DNA of 64,000 bases from an uncultured Acidimicrobiia bacterium (GTDB taxonomy: Bacteria; Actinomycetota; Acidimicrobiia; Spongiisociales; JAENVV01), in assembly GCA_965366365.1 (NCBI GenBank), contig CBDUEV010000007.1, positions 774 through 64,773 on the forward strand, given 5' to 3'. Shown in pieces: positions 8,633-18,745 of this stretch (the first letter of the stretch is position 1; each line of letters opens with the position of its first letter). A program made the position numbers and the translations under genes. The notes beneath the pieces were generated by a model, which saw only the letters and a program-made list of their open reading frames with translations, ran no database searches and was not told where the DNA came from.

Positions 8633-11600
8633 CCGAGGCCCAGCAGCCGCTGCACCCCCGACATCGCCACCCCGATCCAGTCGGGACGATTGTCGAGCTC
8701 CCAATGCAGCTCGCGCAGCGAACGGGTCACCGCGTACGCCTCGAGCAGGGCATCGACGTGTTCGAGCTCGTTGGGGAGGGCGGCCGAGCCCTGCATGGTC
8801 TCGAGGTACACCCCCACAAACCGGGAGGATACGGTGGCAGACCACCAACCTGCCCATGCTGACGCCGATGCGTCCTCGTCGATCCGAAGAAGGGCGGCGC
8901 GGGCGGAGACGTAGTCGAGCGACCGAATCATCTGCGCGACATCTCTGAGCGGGGTGGCCCGCAGGCGGCGTTCGCTCATGGGCTGGCTGTGGTCGCCGGA
9001 GAACTCGACGATGTAGAACGTGTCGTCCACGATCCGGAGGCCGTCGAGCCGGAAATCGCCGTTCACCCGGACCCGTTGACCTGCCATGGGTGTCCGGCGA
9101 ATCGGATCGATACGTCCCAGAATCGACGGCTCGGCATCCACGATCTCCTGGAGGGAGGCGGCGAGTTCGCCGTCGCGGCCGGCCAGTGACCGCCGGACCG
9201 CATCCAACTCCTGTCGAACTCTGGCCCGCAGGGACTGGTACAGCGACTGTTGATACAGCGCCGAGAAAGGCGAAGGATGCAGCTCGGGATCTTCGCTGAA
9301 GGCGCCCATGGCCAGATGGAACTCCCCCGTCATCCGACCCAACTGTTCCGCCTTCTCGAGGGCCGCACGCAGCTGCGGCGAAGACGGTTGCGGCCCTCCG
9401 CCTGCCCGCGCCCAGGAGTTGGGAGGAGGGAGAGGGGAAGGTTCCGAACCGGCCACGGTCTCGAGCCAGGACGAAACCAGTTCGAGCATGACCGCCCAGG
9501 CGTCCTCGCCCGGCGGCAGGGTCCGCTGCAGAACCCCCAGGGTCCACGAGTCACCCGATTGGTACTCGAGGGAACCGTAGATCTCGGACAGGTTGGAGAA
9601 GGCGGTTCGCTCCGTCAGGAACCGCCGAAGCTCCAGATCGGGATTCACTCCGGCTTCGATGCGGCGGAACAACTTGATGGTCAGGTCGGCGCCGAAGGTC
9701 ACATAGCTCTCGCCCTCCCCCGTTTCGCTGACCAGGGCGGAAGCGCCCAGGAGAGCGAGGCTCTCCACGGGCGGGATGGACGCCGCCGGGTGACAGACGA
9801 TCGCCCCTGCGCTGCCGAGCACGGTGCGCCCGGCGACCAGGTCGGCGAGCATCCTGGTTCTGAATGACGGATCCATCAGCGCGTCGAAGAGCACACCGGT
9901 CTCCTCGTCCCGACGCACCCTGGCCACGATCGCCGTGTCCGGAAGGTCCAGATCGTCGCCGAATCGGAGGCCGACGGGAATCACATACCGCTCGTCCGGG
10001 CCGTTGGCGTACTCGACATCCAGCAGAGCAATCCACGTCGCCGGCCCGGCCTCGCCGGGATCGATCGGGATGGCGTCGAAGACGCTGGCCGCCATCCTCC
10101 TTCGGTACCGGCCCTGATACCAGGGTTGTCGTTCCACGTACTCCATCAGGTGTTCGTTGAGTGGCTGTCCTGGCTGGAACGCCTCATCCAGTGGGCCGTC
10201 CAGGATCAGCTCTCCGTCTCCGGCCCGGCTCTCGTGGACATCCGGCGTGATGGAGAACCAATAGAACCCGTAGGGACTGAGGGTGAGCAGATAGGGAAGG
10301 TCGCCGACCCCGGGAAACTCGGTGCGCCCCAGCAGCTCGATCAATTTCCATCCGGCGAATCGCCCCAGGTCCAGCTCCACGAACTGGGCGTGGCGGCTCA
10401 GGTTAGAGACCACCAGAATGGTCTCGCCTTCGCCTTCGCGCAGGTAGGCCAGTACGTGGGGGTTCTCCGGGGAGAGGAATTCGATCGTCCCCCGGCCGAA
10501 GACGGGGTGCCCAGCCCGGCGACCGATCATCCGGCGGACCCACCACAGCAGCGAGTTGGGGTTGTGGTGTTGCGCCTCGACATTGACGGTCTCGTAATGG
10601 AACTGAGGGTCCACGACCACCGGCAGATACAGGGATTGAGGATTGGCGTCGGAGAAGCCGGCGTTGCGATCGTTGCTCCATTGCATGGGGGTCCGCACAC
10701 CGTCACGATCAGGAAGGAAGGTGTTGTCGCCCATCCCGATCTCGTCGCCGTAGTACAGGACTGGCGTGCCTGGGAGCGAGAAGAGGAGACTGAACAGCAG
10801 TTCGATCCGGCGTCGGTCGTTCTCGATGAGGGGCGCCAGGCGGCGGCGAATGCCCAGGTTGAGTCGGGCTCGCCGATCGGGTGCATAGGTCCGCCACATG
10901 TAGTCACGTTCTTCCTCGGAGACCATCTCGAGGGTCAGCTCGTCGTGGTTTCTCAGGAAGATGGCCCACTGGGTGCCTTCGGGGATCGGCGGGGTCTGCT
11001 CGAGGATGTCGATGATGGGGAGCCGCGTTTCTCGTTCCAGCGCCAGGTAGAGACGCGGCATGAGAGGGAAGTGGAACGACATGTGACATTCGTCGCCGTC
11101 CCCGAAGTAGGCCACCGAGTCCTCAGGCCACTGGTTGGCCTCGGCCAGAAGCATCCGGTCGGTGTAGTTGGCGTCGACGTGGGCACGCAGGCGTTTCAGC
11201 TCCTGGTGTGTCTCGGGGAGGTTCTCGCCGTTGGTTCCCTCGCGTTCGAACAGGTAGGGGATGGCGTCGAGGCGGAGCCCATCCACCCCCAGTTCCAGCC
11301 AGAAGTCCAAGGCCTCGGTGACCGCCTCTCGGACGAGGGGGTTGTCGTAGTTCAGATCAGGCTGGTGCGAGAAGAAGCGGTGCCAGTAGTAGGCGCCCGC
11401 CACCGGATCCCACGCCCAGTTCGAGCTTTCGGTGTCCTGGAAGATGATCCGGACCTCTGAGTATCGGTCCGGCGTGTCGCTCCACACGTAGAAGTCCCGT
11501 TCGGGGCTCCCGGGTTCGGCGCGTCGAGCGCGCTGGAACCAGGGGTGTTGGTCCGAGGTGTGGTTGATGACGAGTTCGGTGATGACCCGCATGTTGCGGG

Positions 11601-11892
11601 AATGGGCCGCGTCCAGAAATGTGCGGAAGTCGTCGAGTGTTCCGTAGCTGGGATGCACATCGAAGTACTCGGCGATGTCGTAACCGTCATCTCGCAAAGG
11701 CGAGGGATAGAAGGGAAGCAGCCAGATGGCCGTGACGCCGAGCCGGCTCAGATAGTCCAATCGCGAAGTCAGGCCGACGAAGTCGCCGATCCCGTCGCCG
11801 TTCGAGTCGGCAAATGCTCGGACGTGCACTTCGTAGATGATGGCGTCGCGATACCAGTCTGGTGAAGAGTGGAGAGGTTGATGCGCAGTCAT
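8614..11892 (-). CDS. treS: Fused trehalose synthase (TreS, GH13) and maltokinase (Pep2/Mak)
   Basis: N-terminal DWYRDAIIYEVHVRAF...LLPFYPSPLRDDGYD...INHTSDQHPWF is TreS-like. The roughly 500-aa C-terminal extension has a maltokinase-like length. 1092 aa. Confidence 0.88.
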   Translation of the reverse strand: MTAHQPLHSSPDWYRDAIIYEVHVRAFADSNGDGIGDFVGLTSRLDYLSRLGVTAIWLLPFYPSPLRDDGYDIAEYFDVHPSYGTLDDFRTFLDAAHSRNMRVITELVINHTSDQHPWFQRARRAEPGSPERDFYVWSDTPDRYSEVRIIFQDTESSNWAWDPVAGAYYWHRFFSHQPDLNYDNPLVREAVTEALDFWLELGVDGLRLDAIPYLFEREGTNGENLPETHQELKRLRAHVDANYTDRMLLAEANQWPEDSVAYFGDGDECHMSFHFPLMPRLYLALERETRLPIIDILEQTPPIPEGTQWAIFLRNHDELTLEMVSEEERDYMWRTYAPDRRARLNLGIRRRLAPLIENDRRRIELLFSLLFSLPGTPVLYYGDEIGMGDNTFLPDRDGVRTPMQWSNDRNAGFSDANPQSLYLPVVVDPQFHYETVNVEAQHHNPNSLLWWVRRMIGRRAGHPVFGRGTIEFLSPENPHVLAYLREGEGETILVVSNLSRHAQFVELDLGRFAGWKLIELLGRTEFPGVGDLPYLLTLSPYGFYWFSITPDVHESRAGDGELILDGPLDEAFQPGQPLNEHLMEYVERQPWYQGRYRRRMAASVFDAIPIDPGEAGPATWIALLDVEYANGPDERYVIPVGLRFGDDLDLPDTAIVARVRRDEETGVLFDALMDPSFRTRMLADLVAGRTVLGSAGAIVCHPAASIPPVESLALLGASALVSETGEGESYVTFGADLTIKLFRRIEAGVNPDLELRRFLTERTAFSNLSEIYGSLEYQSGDSWTLGVLQRTLPPGEDAWAVMLELVSSWLETVAGSEPSPLPPPNSWARAGGGPQPSSPQLRAALEKAEQLGRMTGEFHLAMGAFSEDPELHPSPFSALYQQSLYQSLRARVRQELDAVRRSLAGRDGELAASLQEIVDAEPSILGRIDPIRRTPMAGQRVRVNGDFRLDGLRIVDDTFYIVEFSGDHSQPMSERRLRATPLRDVAQMIRSLDYVSARAALLRIDEDASASAWAGWWSATVSSRFVGVYLETMQGSAALPNELEHVDALLEAYAVTRSLRELHWELDNRPDWIGVAMSGVQRLLGLGQPPTD

Positions 11893-11948
11893 GCGGTGCG
11901 GATGCTAGTGCTGTGCTCATCGCCCCTGCCGCCCGACAGGCAGGCAGG

Positions 11949-12368
11949 TCAGTCGCGCTCCGGCGGCCGCCGAAGCCTCTTGCGCTCGCTGGTCTGGCGC
12001 TTCTCATCGAGACGTTTCTGCCGCTGAGACCGGCTCGGCTTGGTCGGTTTGCGGGGAGTGGGCGGGATCATCGCCTCTCGCAGCTGCTGGGCGAGGCGTT
12101 TGCGAGCCAGCTGTCGATTGCGGAACTGGCTGCGGGACTCGTCCGCGATCACGGTGAGGACACCGTCACGGTGCCCCGTCTGCCGCAGCATCAGCCGGCG
12201 CAACCCCGACTCGAACACCTCGGATGCCGCGAGGTCGAAACGGAGTTCGGCGCGGCTGTGGGCTCGATTGGCGTGCTGTCCGCCCGGTCCTCCCGTGGGC
12301 CCGAACCTCCACTCCAGCTCGGCGGACGGAATCACATGACGGGCGTCGACGGAGAGATCCTCAGCCAT
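11949..12368 (-). CDS. arfB: Alternative ribosome-rescue factor ArfB (peptidyl-tRNA hydrolase, ICT1/YaeJ type)
   Basis: GPGGQHANR GGQ motif plus a basic K/R-rich C-terminal tail. Start at MAEDLSV (ATG 12368), overlapping the menE stop by 8 nt. Confidence 0.85.
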   Translation of the reverse strand: MAEDLSVDARHVIPSAELEWRFGPTGGPGGQHANRAHSRAELRFDLAASEVFESGLRRLMLRQTGHRDGVLTVIADESRSQFRNRQLARKRLAQQLREAMIPPTPRKPTKPSRSQRQKRLDEKRQTSERKRLRRPPERD

Positions 12369-13728
12369 CGGCCGCACCTGCCCACGCTCGGACCGCCGGG
12401 CGATCCACCTTCCCGAGTGCGTTCCTGGGAAGCGCCTCCACGAGAACCCACCGCTTGGGGATCTTGTAGCCGGCCAGCTGTTCCCGAAGGTGCGCCTCCA
12501 ACTCGGCCGGCCGGCGTGAGGTGACTGCCACCGCCACCACCGCTTCACCCCACTCCGGATCGGGGACTCCGACAACGGCGGCCTCCTGCACGCCATCCAA
12601 CTCCTCGAGAAGCGCTTCGACCTCACCTGGGACGACGTTCTCGCCGCCCGTGATTATGAGATCTCTCGTTCGTCCCAGCACGTGAAGATAACCCTCGCCG
12701 TCGAGCCACCCGAGGTCGCCGGTGGCCAGCCAGCCCGAGCGCGGCTTCTCACCCAGGTAGCGCCCCGACACCATGGGGCCGGCAACCTCGATCTCGCCGC
12801 CCGCCGCGATCCGGATGCGGGCGCCATACACGGGAAGGGCTCGGCGCCGTCGACTGTCACCGAGGGGTGCCGTTGCGATCTGAGAAGCGGTCTCGGTCAT
12901 GCCGTATGTCGAGAGGACCGGCAATCCTGCCCGGGCGGCCGCCTCCAGGAGAGGGAGGCTGGTTGGTCCACCGCCGACGAGCACCGCCCGCAGCCCCGAG
13001 TAGGGGCCAGGATCGGCGGCGAGAAGCGGCCCGATCATGGATCCGACCAACGAGGCGAGAGTCACCTCGTGCAGGGCGGCGGCCGCCTCGGCCGGCTCGA
13101 ACCTGGGGAGGAGGACCACCTCCGATCCCTGCCGAGCCGAACGCCAGAGTATCGAGGCGCCTCCCACATGAAAGAGCGGAAGGACGGCCAGCCAGCGGTC
13201 GGCCGCGCTGTGGCGAAGGTGTCTGGCAGAAGCCTCGGTCGAGGCGGCGAGGTTCCCCTGGGTCAAGATCACCCCCCGGGGTGACCCCGAGGTACCGGAG
13301 GTGAAGGCCACGACGGCTTCGTGCTCGTGGCGTAGGAGGGAGCCGGGGACGGCGACGGCCCGCGAGGATGGCGAGACGATCGTCCGTCCTCCAAAACCGT
13401 GGTCATGTTCGGCGGAGACAACGATCTCCACTCCGGCCTGGGCGAGCTGGGCCTCCAGCTCGGGCGGCGAGAGCCGCGTGTTGAGGAGGAGCAGCGTCGC
13501 CCCGGTGCGAGGAACCGCAAAGATGGCTTCCGTCGACCCGATGTCGTTGGTTGCCCACACCGCCACGATCTCGTCTTGGGCGGCCCCGGCTTCGCGGAGG
13601 GCTCCGGCCAGGCCGGCTGCCGCCTCATCCACCTGCGCGAACGACCACGACCGTTCGGGCGTCGTGATGAAGGGAGCGTCCGGGGTGGAGGCGGCCGCCG
13701 CGGCGAGCCAGTCGGGATTGGAGTCCAT
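12361..13728 (-). CDS. menE: O-succinylbenzoate-CoA ligase (AMP-dependent synthetase)
   Basis: TSGTSGSPRGV AMP-binding motif, YGMTE, TGDLG, GYKIPK. Adjacent to menB. An alternative GTG start lies at 13737. Confidence 0.8.
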   Translation of the reverse strand: MDSNPDWLAAAAASTPDAPFITTPERSWSFAQVDEAAAGLAGALREAGAAQDEIVAVWATNDIGSTEAIFAVPRTGATLLLLNTRLSPPELEAQLAQAGVEIVVSAEHDHGFGGRTIVSPSSRAVAVPGSLLRHEHEAVVAFTSGTSGSPRGVILTQGNLAASTEASARHLRHSAADRWLAVLPLFHVGGASILWRSARQGSEVVLLPRFEPAEAAAALHEVTLASLVGSMIGPLLAADPGPYSGLRAVLVGGGPTSLPLLEAAARAGLPVLSTYGMTETASQIATAPLGDSRRRRALPVYGARIRIAAGGEIEVAGPMVSGRYLGEKPRSGWLATGDLGWLDGEGYLHVLGRTRDLIITGGENVVPGEVEALLEELDGVQEAAVVGVPDPEWGEAVVAVAVTSRRPAELEAHLREQLAGYKIPKRWVLVEALPRNALGKVDRPAVRAWAGAADG

Positions 13729-13770
13729 GTGGATCACTACAGTATCGACGTTGCCGATAGAGGGACACCC

Positions 13771-14661
13771 ATGGTCTCAGAACTGTTCGACCCCTCGGCG
13801 TGGAGTCTCGTCGAAGGATTCGAGTTCACCGACATCACCTATCACCGCGCCCAGGGTCAAGGCACAGTGCGCATCGCCATCGACCGGCCGGACGTGCGTA
13901 ACGCCTTCCGCCCCCACACCGTCGACGAGCTGTACCAGGCGCTGGACCACGCCCGGATGAGTTCGGACGTGGGTTGCGTGCTGCTCACCGGCAACGGGCC
14001 GTCGCCGAAGGATGGCGGGTGGGCGTTCTGCTCGGGAGGAGATCAGCGCATCCGCGGCGCCGACGGGTACCGGTATGAAGGCGCCGGCGGGGTCGACCCC
14101 GCCCGACTCGGACGACTTCACATCCTCGAGGTGCAGCGCCTGATCAGGTTCATGCCCAAGGTCGTCATCGCCGTCGTGCCCGGGTGGGCGGTCGGCGGCG
14201 GCCACAGCCTCCATGTAGTGTGCGATCTCACCCTGGCCAGCGCCGAGCACGCCATCTTCAAGCAGACCGATCCGGACGTGGCCAGCTTCGACTCCGGCTA
14301 CGGCTCGGCCTACCTCGCCCGCCAGATGGGCCAGAAACGCGCTCGAGAGTTGTTCTTCCTGGGGTTCGAATACTCGGCGGAAGAGGCGGTGGCGATGGGG
14401 ATGGCCAATGCGGCTGTTCCCCATGCAGAACTCGAGCCGACCGCTCTCGAGTGGGGGCGCATCATCAACTCGAAGAGTCCGACGGCCATGAGAATGCTCA
14501 AATTCGGATTCAACATGCTCGACGACGGACTGGTCGGCCAGCAGATCTTCGCCGGCGAGGCCACCCGCCTCGGCTACGGCACAGCCGAGGCCCAGGAAGG
14601 TCGCGACGCCTTCCTGGAGAAACGCCCCCAGGACTACTCGGCCTTTCCGTGGCATTTCTGA
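13771..14661 (+). CDS. menB: 1,4-dihydroxy-2-naphthoyl-CoA synthase
   Basis: Crotonase fold with FTDITYH...IAIDRPDVRNAF...WAFCSGGDQRIRG...GGGHSLH. ATG at 13771 preceded by AGAGGGA. Confidence 0.92.
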   Translation: MVSELFDPSAWSLVEGFEFTDITYHRAQGQGTVRIAIDRPDVRNAFRPHTVDELYQALDHARMSSDVGCVLLTGNGPSPKDGGWAFCSGGDQRIRGADGYRYEGAGGVDPARLGRLHILEVQRLIRFMPKVVIAVVPGWAVGGGHSLHVVCDLTLASAEHAIFKQTDPDVASFDSGYGSAYLARQMGQKRARELFFLGFEYSAEEAVAMGMANAAVPHAELEPTALEWGRIINSKSPTAMRMLKFGFNMLDDGLVGQQIFAGEATRLGYGTAEAQEGRDAFLEKRPQDYSAFPWHF

Positions 14662-14665
14662 GCCG

Positions 14666-15544
14666 GTGAACCTCACCCCGTGGATCCAGGCAGCCCGCCC
14701 GCACACGCTGTGGGCGGCGGTGGTGCCCGTGCTCGTGGGATCAGGCCTGGCTGCGGGCGACGGCGTGTTCCGGTGGGACGCCTTCGCGGCGGCGCTGGTG
14801 GCCTCGGTCGCCATCCAGGTGGCTGCCAATTTCGCCAACGACGTGTTCGATGCCCGCAAGGGTGCCGACACCGAAGATCGGATCGGCCCCACCCGGGTGG
14901 TGGCAGCGGGGATCCTGTCAGATCGAGCCGTATGGGTCGCCACATGGGTGGCGGTGGCGGTGGGCGCCCTGGCCGCCGTGTGGCTGATCGTCATCGCCGG
15001 ATGGGTGGTGGCCGTCATCGGTGTCGTCTCGGTGGTGGCCATGCTCGGCTACGTCGGGGGTTCCAACCCCTATGGCTACCGGGGCCTCGGCGAGGTCTTC
15101 GTGTTCGTGTTCTTCGGGGTGGTGGCCACGGTGGGCAGCCGGTATGTCCACGACATGTCCGCACCGCTCGATGCGTGGTTGTTGTCGATCCCGGTCGGGT
15201 TCCCGGTCACCGCCATCCTGGTCGCCAACAACATCCGAGATCTGGAGACCGACGCCGCCGCCGGAAAGCGAACGCTGGCCGTCATGCTCGGTAGAGATCG
15301 CACCCGGAAGCTCTACGCCGGGCTCCTCTTGGGCACGTTCCTGGCGTTGGCCGTGTTCGCGGCGGGCGGTTGGGTTCCCACCGCCACCGCCATCGCCGTC
15401 TTCTGGGCGCCCGCCGCGGTGCCGTTGATCCGCACGGTCTACACCGAGATCGCCGGGCCACCGCTCATCGGAGTCTTGAAGGGAACGGCCCGATTGGAGC
15501 TGCTGGTGGGGGTGTCGATGACCGTGGGGGCTGCCTTGGGTTGA
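14666..15544 (+). CDS. menA: 1,4-dihydroxy-2-naphthoate polyprenyltransferase (UbiA family)
   Basis: Polytopic membrane protein with NFANDVFDARKG and NNIRDLETD Asp-rich motifs. Follows menB. Confidence 0.88.
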   Translation: MNLTPWIQAARPHTLWAAVVPVLVGSGLAAGDGVFRWDAFAAALVASVAIQVAANFANDVFDARKGADTEDRIGPTRVVAAGILSDRAVWVATWVAVAVGALAAVWLIVIAGWVVAVIGVVSVVAMLGYVGGSNPYGYRGLGEVFVFVFFGVVATVGSRYVHDMSAPLDAWLLSIPVGFPVTAILVANNIRDLETDAAAGKRTLAVMLGRDRTRKLYAGLLLGTFLALAVFAAGGWVPTATAIAVFWAPAAVPLIRTVYTEIAGPPLIGVLKGTARLELLVGVSMTVGAALG

Positions 15545-15699
15545 GATACCGGAGGAAGGCCCGGAGGACGGTCCGGTAGACCGGCCTCTCCCGACGCTGA
15601 GCCAACGCTGAGGTTCTCCTTGGCCTGCAGCGAGTTCGGGTCGGCACGATGGGTGACGAGGCTACGTAGGCGGGAACGATTGCTCCTAGGGTTCCAGAC

Positions 15700-16386
15700 A
15701 TGAGCGAACAACCGAAAGCCCGGATCCTGGTTGTCGACGACGAGCAGATGCTGCTCGACATGGTCGGCGATGCCTTGACGTTCGCCAACTACGCGGTGAG
15801 CGTCGCCGACAACGGTCTCGCCGCCCTCAGTGCGGTCCGTCGCGACCCGCCTGACCTGGTCATCCTGGACGTCAACATGCCCGAACCAGATGGCTTCCAG
15901 GTGGCCAGGAGCCTTCGAGTGACCCATCCCGACTTGCCGGTGCTGTTTCTCACGGCGCGGTCCGATATCGAGGATCTGCGGGCTGGTTTCGAGTCTGGTG
16001 GCGACGATTACCTGACGAAGCCCTTCCGGCTCGAGGAGCTTCGGCTGCGAGTCGACGCTTTGCTGCGTCGATCCGGGTTCGGGCGGAGGTCCGCCGAGTT
16101 GTCCTGCGGCGATCTCACCATGAACGATGCAGAGCATCGTGTGTTTCGTGGGGACGATGAGATCCTGCTCTCACCTGTCGAGTACCGCTTGCTGCATTAC
16201 CTTCTCTCGCACCCCGGTCAGGTCTTGGAGCGGGGCCAGATCCTCGAGGCCGTGTGGGGATACGAGTACGGCGATTCTGTGATCGAGACCGCAATATCGC
16301 AGCTGCGCAAGAAGGTCGATGAGGGCAGAGCCAAGCTGATCCACACGGTGCGCGGGTTCGGATACACCTTGCGCCCCCCCGAGTGA
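15700..16386 (+). CDS. OmpR-family response regulator
   Basis: Receiver domain (ILVVDDE...DLVILDVNMP) plus a winged-helix C-terminus (LSPVEYRLLHYL...TVRGFGYTL). Confidence 0.9.
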   Translation: MSEQPKARILVVDDEQMLLDMVGDALTFANYAVSVADNGLAALSAVRRDPPDLVILDVNMPEPDGFQVARSLRVTHPDLPVLFLTARSDIEDLRAGFESGGDDYLTKPFRLEELRLRVDALLRRSGFGRRSAELSCGDLTMNDAEHRVFRGDDEILLSPVEYRLLHYLLSHPGQVLERGQILEAVWGYEYGDSVIETAISQLRKKVDEGRAKLIHTVRGFGYTLRPPE

Positions 16387-17780
16387 TGATCAGGCGCTGG
16401 ACACTCCGCCGGCGGCTGACGCTCGTGGTTGGCCTGGTCATCCTCCTGGTGAGCGCGTTCATCGCCGTCACCGTCTCGGCGGCGACCCGCCGTACCCTCA
16501 TCGATCGCGTTGACGCCGATCTCCGAGTCTTTGCCGGACGGGCTGCGGTATCCCCCGTGCGTCCGAACACTCCCAACCCGGAGGCCGACGCCTTCGAGCC
16601 GTTTGCCCTGATTCGTCTCGACGTGGATGGAACCGTGATCGCCGAGCGACCCGCCGGCTACGCAGACGATCCAAATCCGCTGCCCGATGTGAGCGGATTG
16701 GCGCTCGCCGAGCTCGGATCGGACAGCTTCCTCACCCTGGATACCATCGGCGGAGACGGGTCGGCTCGAGTTCTCATCCGCGAGATCCCGCAGGGATACC
16801 AAGTGGTGGCGACGTCGCTCGAGTCGGTTGACTCGACCACCCGCCAAACGTTGTGGACGTCGCTGGCGGTGGGCCTGATGGCCGCCATCGTGGGAATCGC
16901 CGCAGCCTGGCTGTCGGTGCGGCGAGGGTTCCGTCCCGTCGACGCCATGATCGAGACGGCGGGAGCCATCGCCGATGGGGATCTCTCGAGGCGGACCGAA
17001 CTGGTGGAATCAGACACAGAGCTCGGTCGCCTGTCCACGGCGCTGGATCACATGCTGGCCAGGATCGAGAAGGCCGACCGGGAGCGCCTCCGCGAAGCCG
17101 GACGACTCCGCCGCTTCGCCGACGACGCGTCGCATGAGCTGCGCACCCCCATCTCCGCCATCGCAGGCTACGCCGAGCTGTACAACGCCGGGGGCGTTGA
17201 GCCGGGTCCGGCTCTCGACCGGGCCATGGCACGGATCACCGAGGCGAGCGAACGGGCAGGACGCCTCATCGAAGACCTCCTGGCGCTCGCCCGCCTCGAC
17301 CGCGAGATCGGTATGAACCAGTCGCGTCTCGATCTGAGTGCCCTGGTTGCCGACACCGTCGAGGACTCGCGCGTCAGCGCAGGTCTCGAGATCAACACCG
17401 ACGCGGCAGAACCGGTCATGATCACTGGCGACGGGGTGTGGCTGCGCCAGGCAATAGACAACCTCATCAACAACGCGGTGTCTCACGCGCCGGAGTCGAC
17501 ATCGATCGAGCTGATCGTCGACAAGGCCGGCGACCAGGCGCGGCTGCGGGTCGTGGACCACGGGCCCGGCGTTCCCGAATCCGAACGGGAGCGGGTGTTC
17601 GATCGATTCGCTCGCCCCGACCACGGTCGCGACAGGTCACATGGCGGGGCCGGTCTTGGCCTCGCCATCGTCCGCGAGGTCGTGCTGTCCCACGGGGGCG
17701 AGGTGTCCATTCTGGAGACTCCAGGCGGAGGGGCAACCGTGCAGGTCTTGCTGCCGCTCGCCTCCGGTTCGGTTCGCTGA
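16383..17780 (+). CDS. Sensor histidine kinase (2 TM, HAMP, HisKA, HATPase_c)
   Basis: H-box FADDASHELRTP, N-box LINNAVSHAP, G-boxes DHGPGVP and GLGLAIV. Start overlaps the regulator stop. Confidence 0.9.
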   Translation: MMIRRWTLRRRLTLVVGLVILLVSAFIAVTVSAATRRTLIDRVDADLRVFAGRAAVSPVRPNTPNPEADAFEPFALIRLDVDGTVIAERPAGYADDPNPLPDVSGLALAELGSDSFLTLDTIGGDGSARVLIREIPQGYQVVATSLESVDSTTRQTLWTSLAVGLMAAIVGIAAAWLSVRRGFRPVDAMIETAGAIADGDLSRRTELVESDTELGRLSTALDHMLARIEKADRERLREAGRLRRFADDASHELRTPISAIAGYAELYNAGGVEPGPALDRAMARITEASERAGRLIEDLLALARLDREIGMNQSRLDLSALVADTVEDSRVSAGLEINTDAAEPVMITGDGVWLRQAIDNLINNAVSHAPESTSIELIVDKAGDQARLRVVDHGPGVPESERERVFDRFARPDHGRDRSHGGAGLGLAIVREVVLSHGGEVSILETPGGGATVQVLLPLASGSVR

Positions 17781-17803
17781 CCGCGGGCCTACTCTGTCAT
17801 CAC

Positions 17804-18328
17804 ATGGACGACCAGTACGACGTCGAAGCGCTTCTCGAATGGAGGGTCGAGCGAGACGAACATCTTCGTTCGCATTACACGTCGCCGATTCCGGAAGAGC
17901 ACCTTCCCTCCTTCGCCGGTCTGCGCTATTTCGAGCCCGACCCGGCCATGGTGATGCGGGGCACGTTCACGGCGGCCGACGGCCAGATCGACATCACCTC
18001 GTCGACAGGCGGCGTGATGGGCTACGAGCTCGCCGGCCACGTGACACTGACGCTTGGCGACGAATCGGTTCGCCTGGCTGTGCTCCGGGGCGAGGAAGAC
18101 GATGTGTTCATCCCGTTCCGAGACGCCACATCGGGCGTCGAATCGTACGGGGGCGGGAGGTATGTACCCGCCGTGATCGATGACACCGGTGAGGCCACCG
18201 TGGATTTCAATCGGACCATCAACCCGTTCTGTGCGTATGACGAGGAGTTCTCGTGCCCTCTCCCACCACACGGGAACTGGTTGACGCACCGCGTCGCGGC
18301 CGGCGAACAGGCCTACGAGGCGCCCTGA
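17804..18328 (+). CDS. DUF1684-domain protein
   Basis: WRVERDEHLRS...LRYFEPDP...GGGRYV...FNRTINPFCAYDEEFSCPLPP pattern typical of DUF1684. Start set at MDDQYD (ATG 17804). Confidence 0.7.
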   Translation: MDDQYDVEALLEWRVERDEHLRSHYTSPIPEEHLPSFAGLRYFEPDPAMVMRGTFTAADGQIDITSSTGGVMGYELAGHVTLTLGDESVRLAVLRGEEDDVFIPFRDATSGVESYGGGRYVPAVIDDTGEATVDFNRTINPFCAYDEEFSCPLPPHGNWLTHRVAAGEQAYEAP

Positions 18329-18364
18329 TCCGCGGTCAGGCCCGATCCGACCGAGCCGCCAGGC

Positions 18365-18745
18365 TCAGGTCTGATGACGATCGATCTCGTCGAGGTCTTT
18401 CAATGCCTTCTGTGCGGAGATGGTGATCTCGGATCCCGGTGCCGAGGCAACCCGCTCGAGACCGTTTCGAGCGGTCGCGCCGCCGATGCTGGCGAGAACA
18501 TCGACGAGCTCTGTGGATGCGGCGCCGGCAGTCAAGGCTTCTGTGATCAAGGGCACCGACCGCTCCCCGGCCTTCACCAGAAGGACCCCGGCGAGGGCCT
18601 GCGAATTCTCGTCTCCCGTCGCCACGGAGCCGACGAGAACTCGCCCGGCCGATTCGAGGCCGGTCAGGCGCCACACAGCACTGGCTGCGGCGATCTTGGC
18701 GGAGGATACGAGGCTCATGGGCTCAGCGTACCTCCGGTTGTTCAC
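18365..18745 (-). CDS. Hypothetical small HEAT/ARM-like helical repeat protein
   Basis: 126-aa ORF with Ala/Leu-rich helical repeats. GTGA-coupled to the upstream gene. No recognisable catalytic motif. Confidence 0.45.
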   Translation of the reverse strand: MNNRRYAEPMSLVSSAKIAAASAVWRLTGLESAGRVLVGSVATGDENSQALAGVLLVKAGERSVPLITEALTAGAASTELVDVLASIGGATARNGLERVASAPGSEITISAQKALKDLDEIDRHQT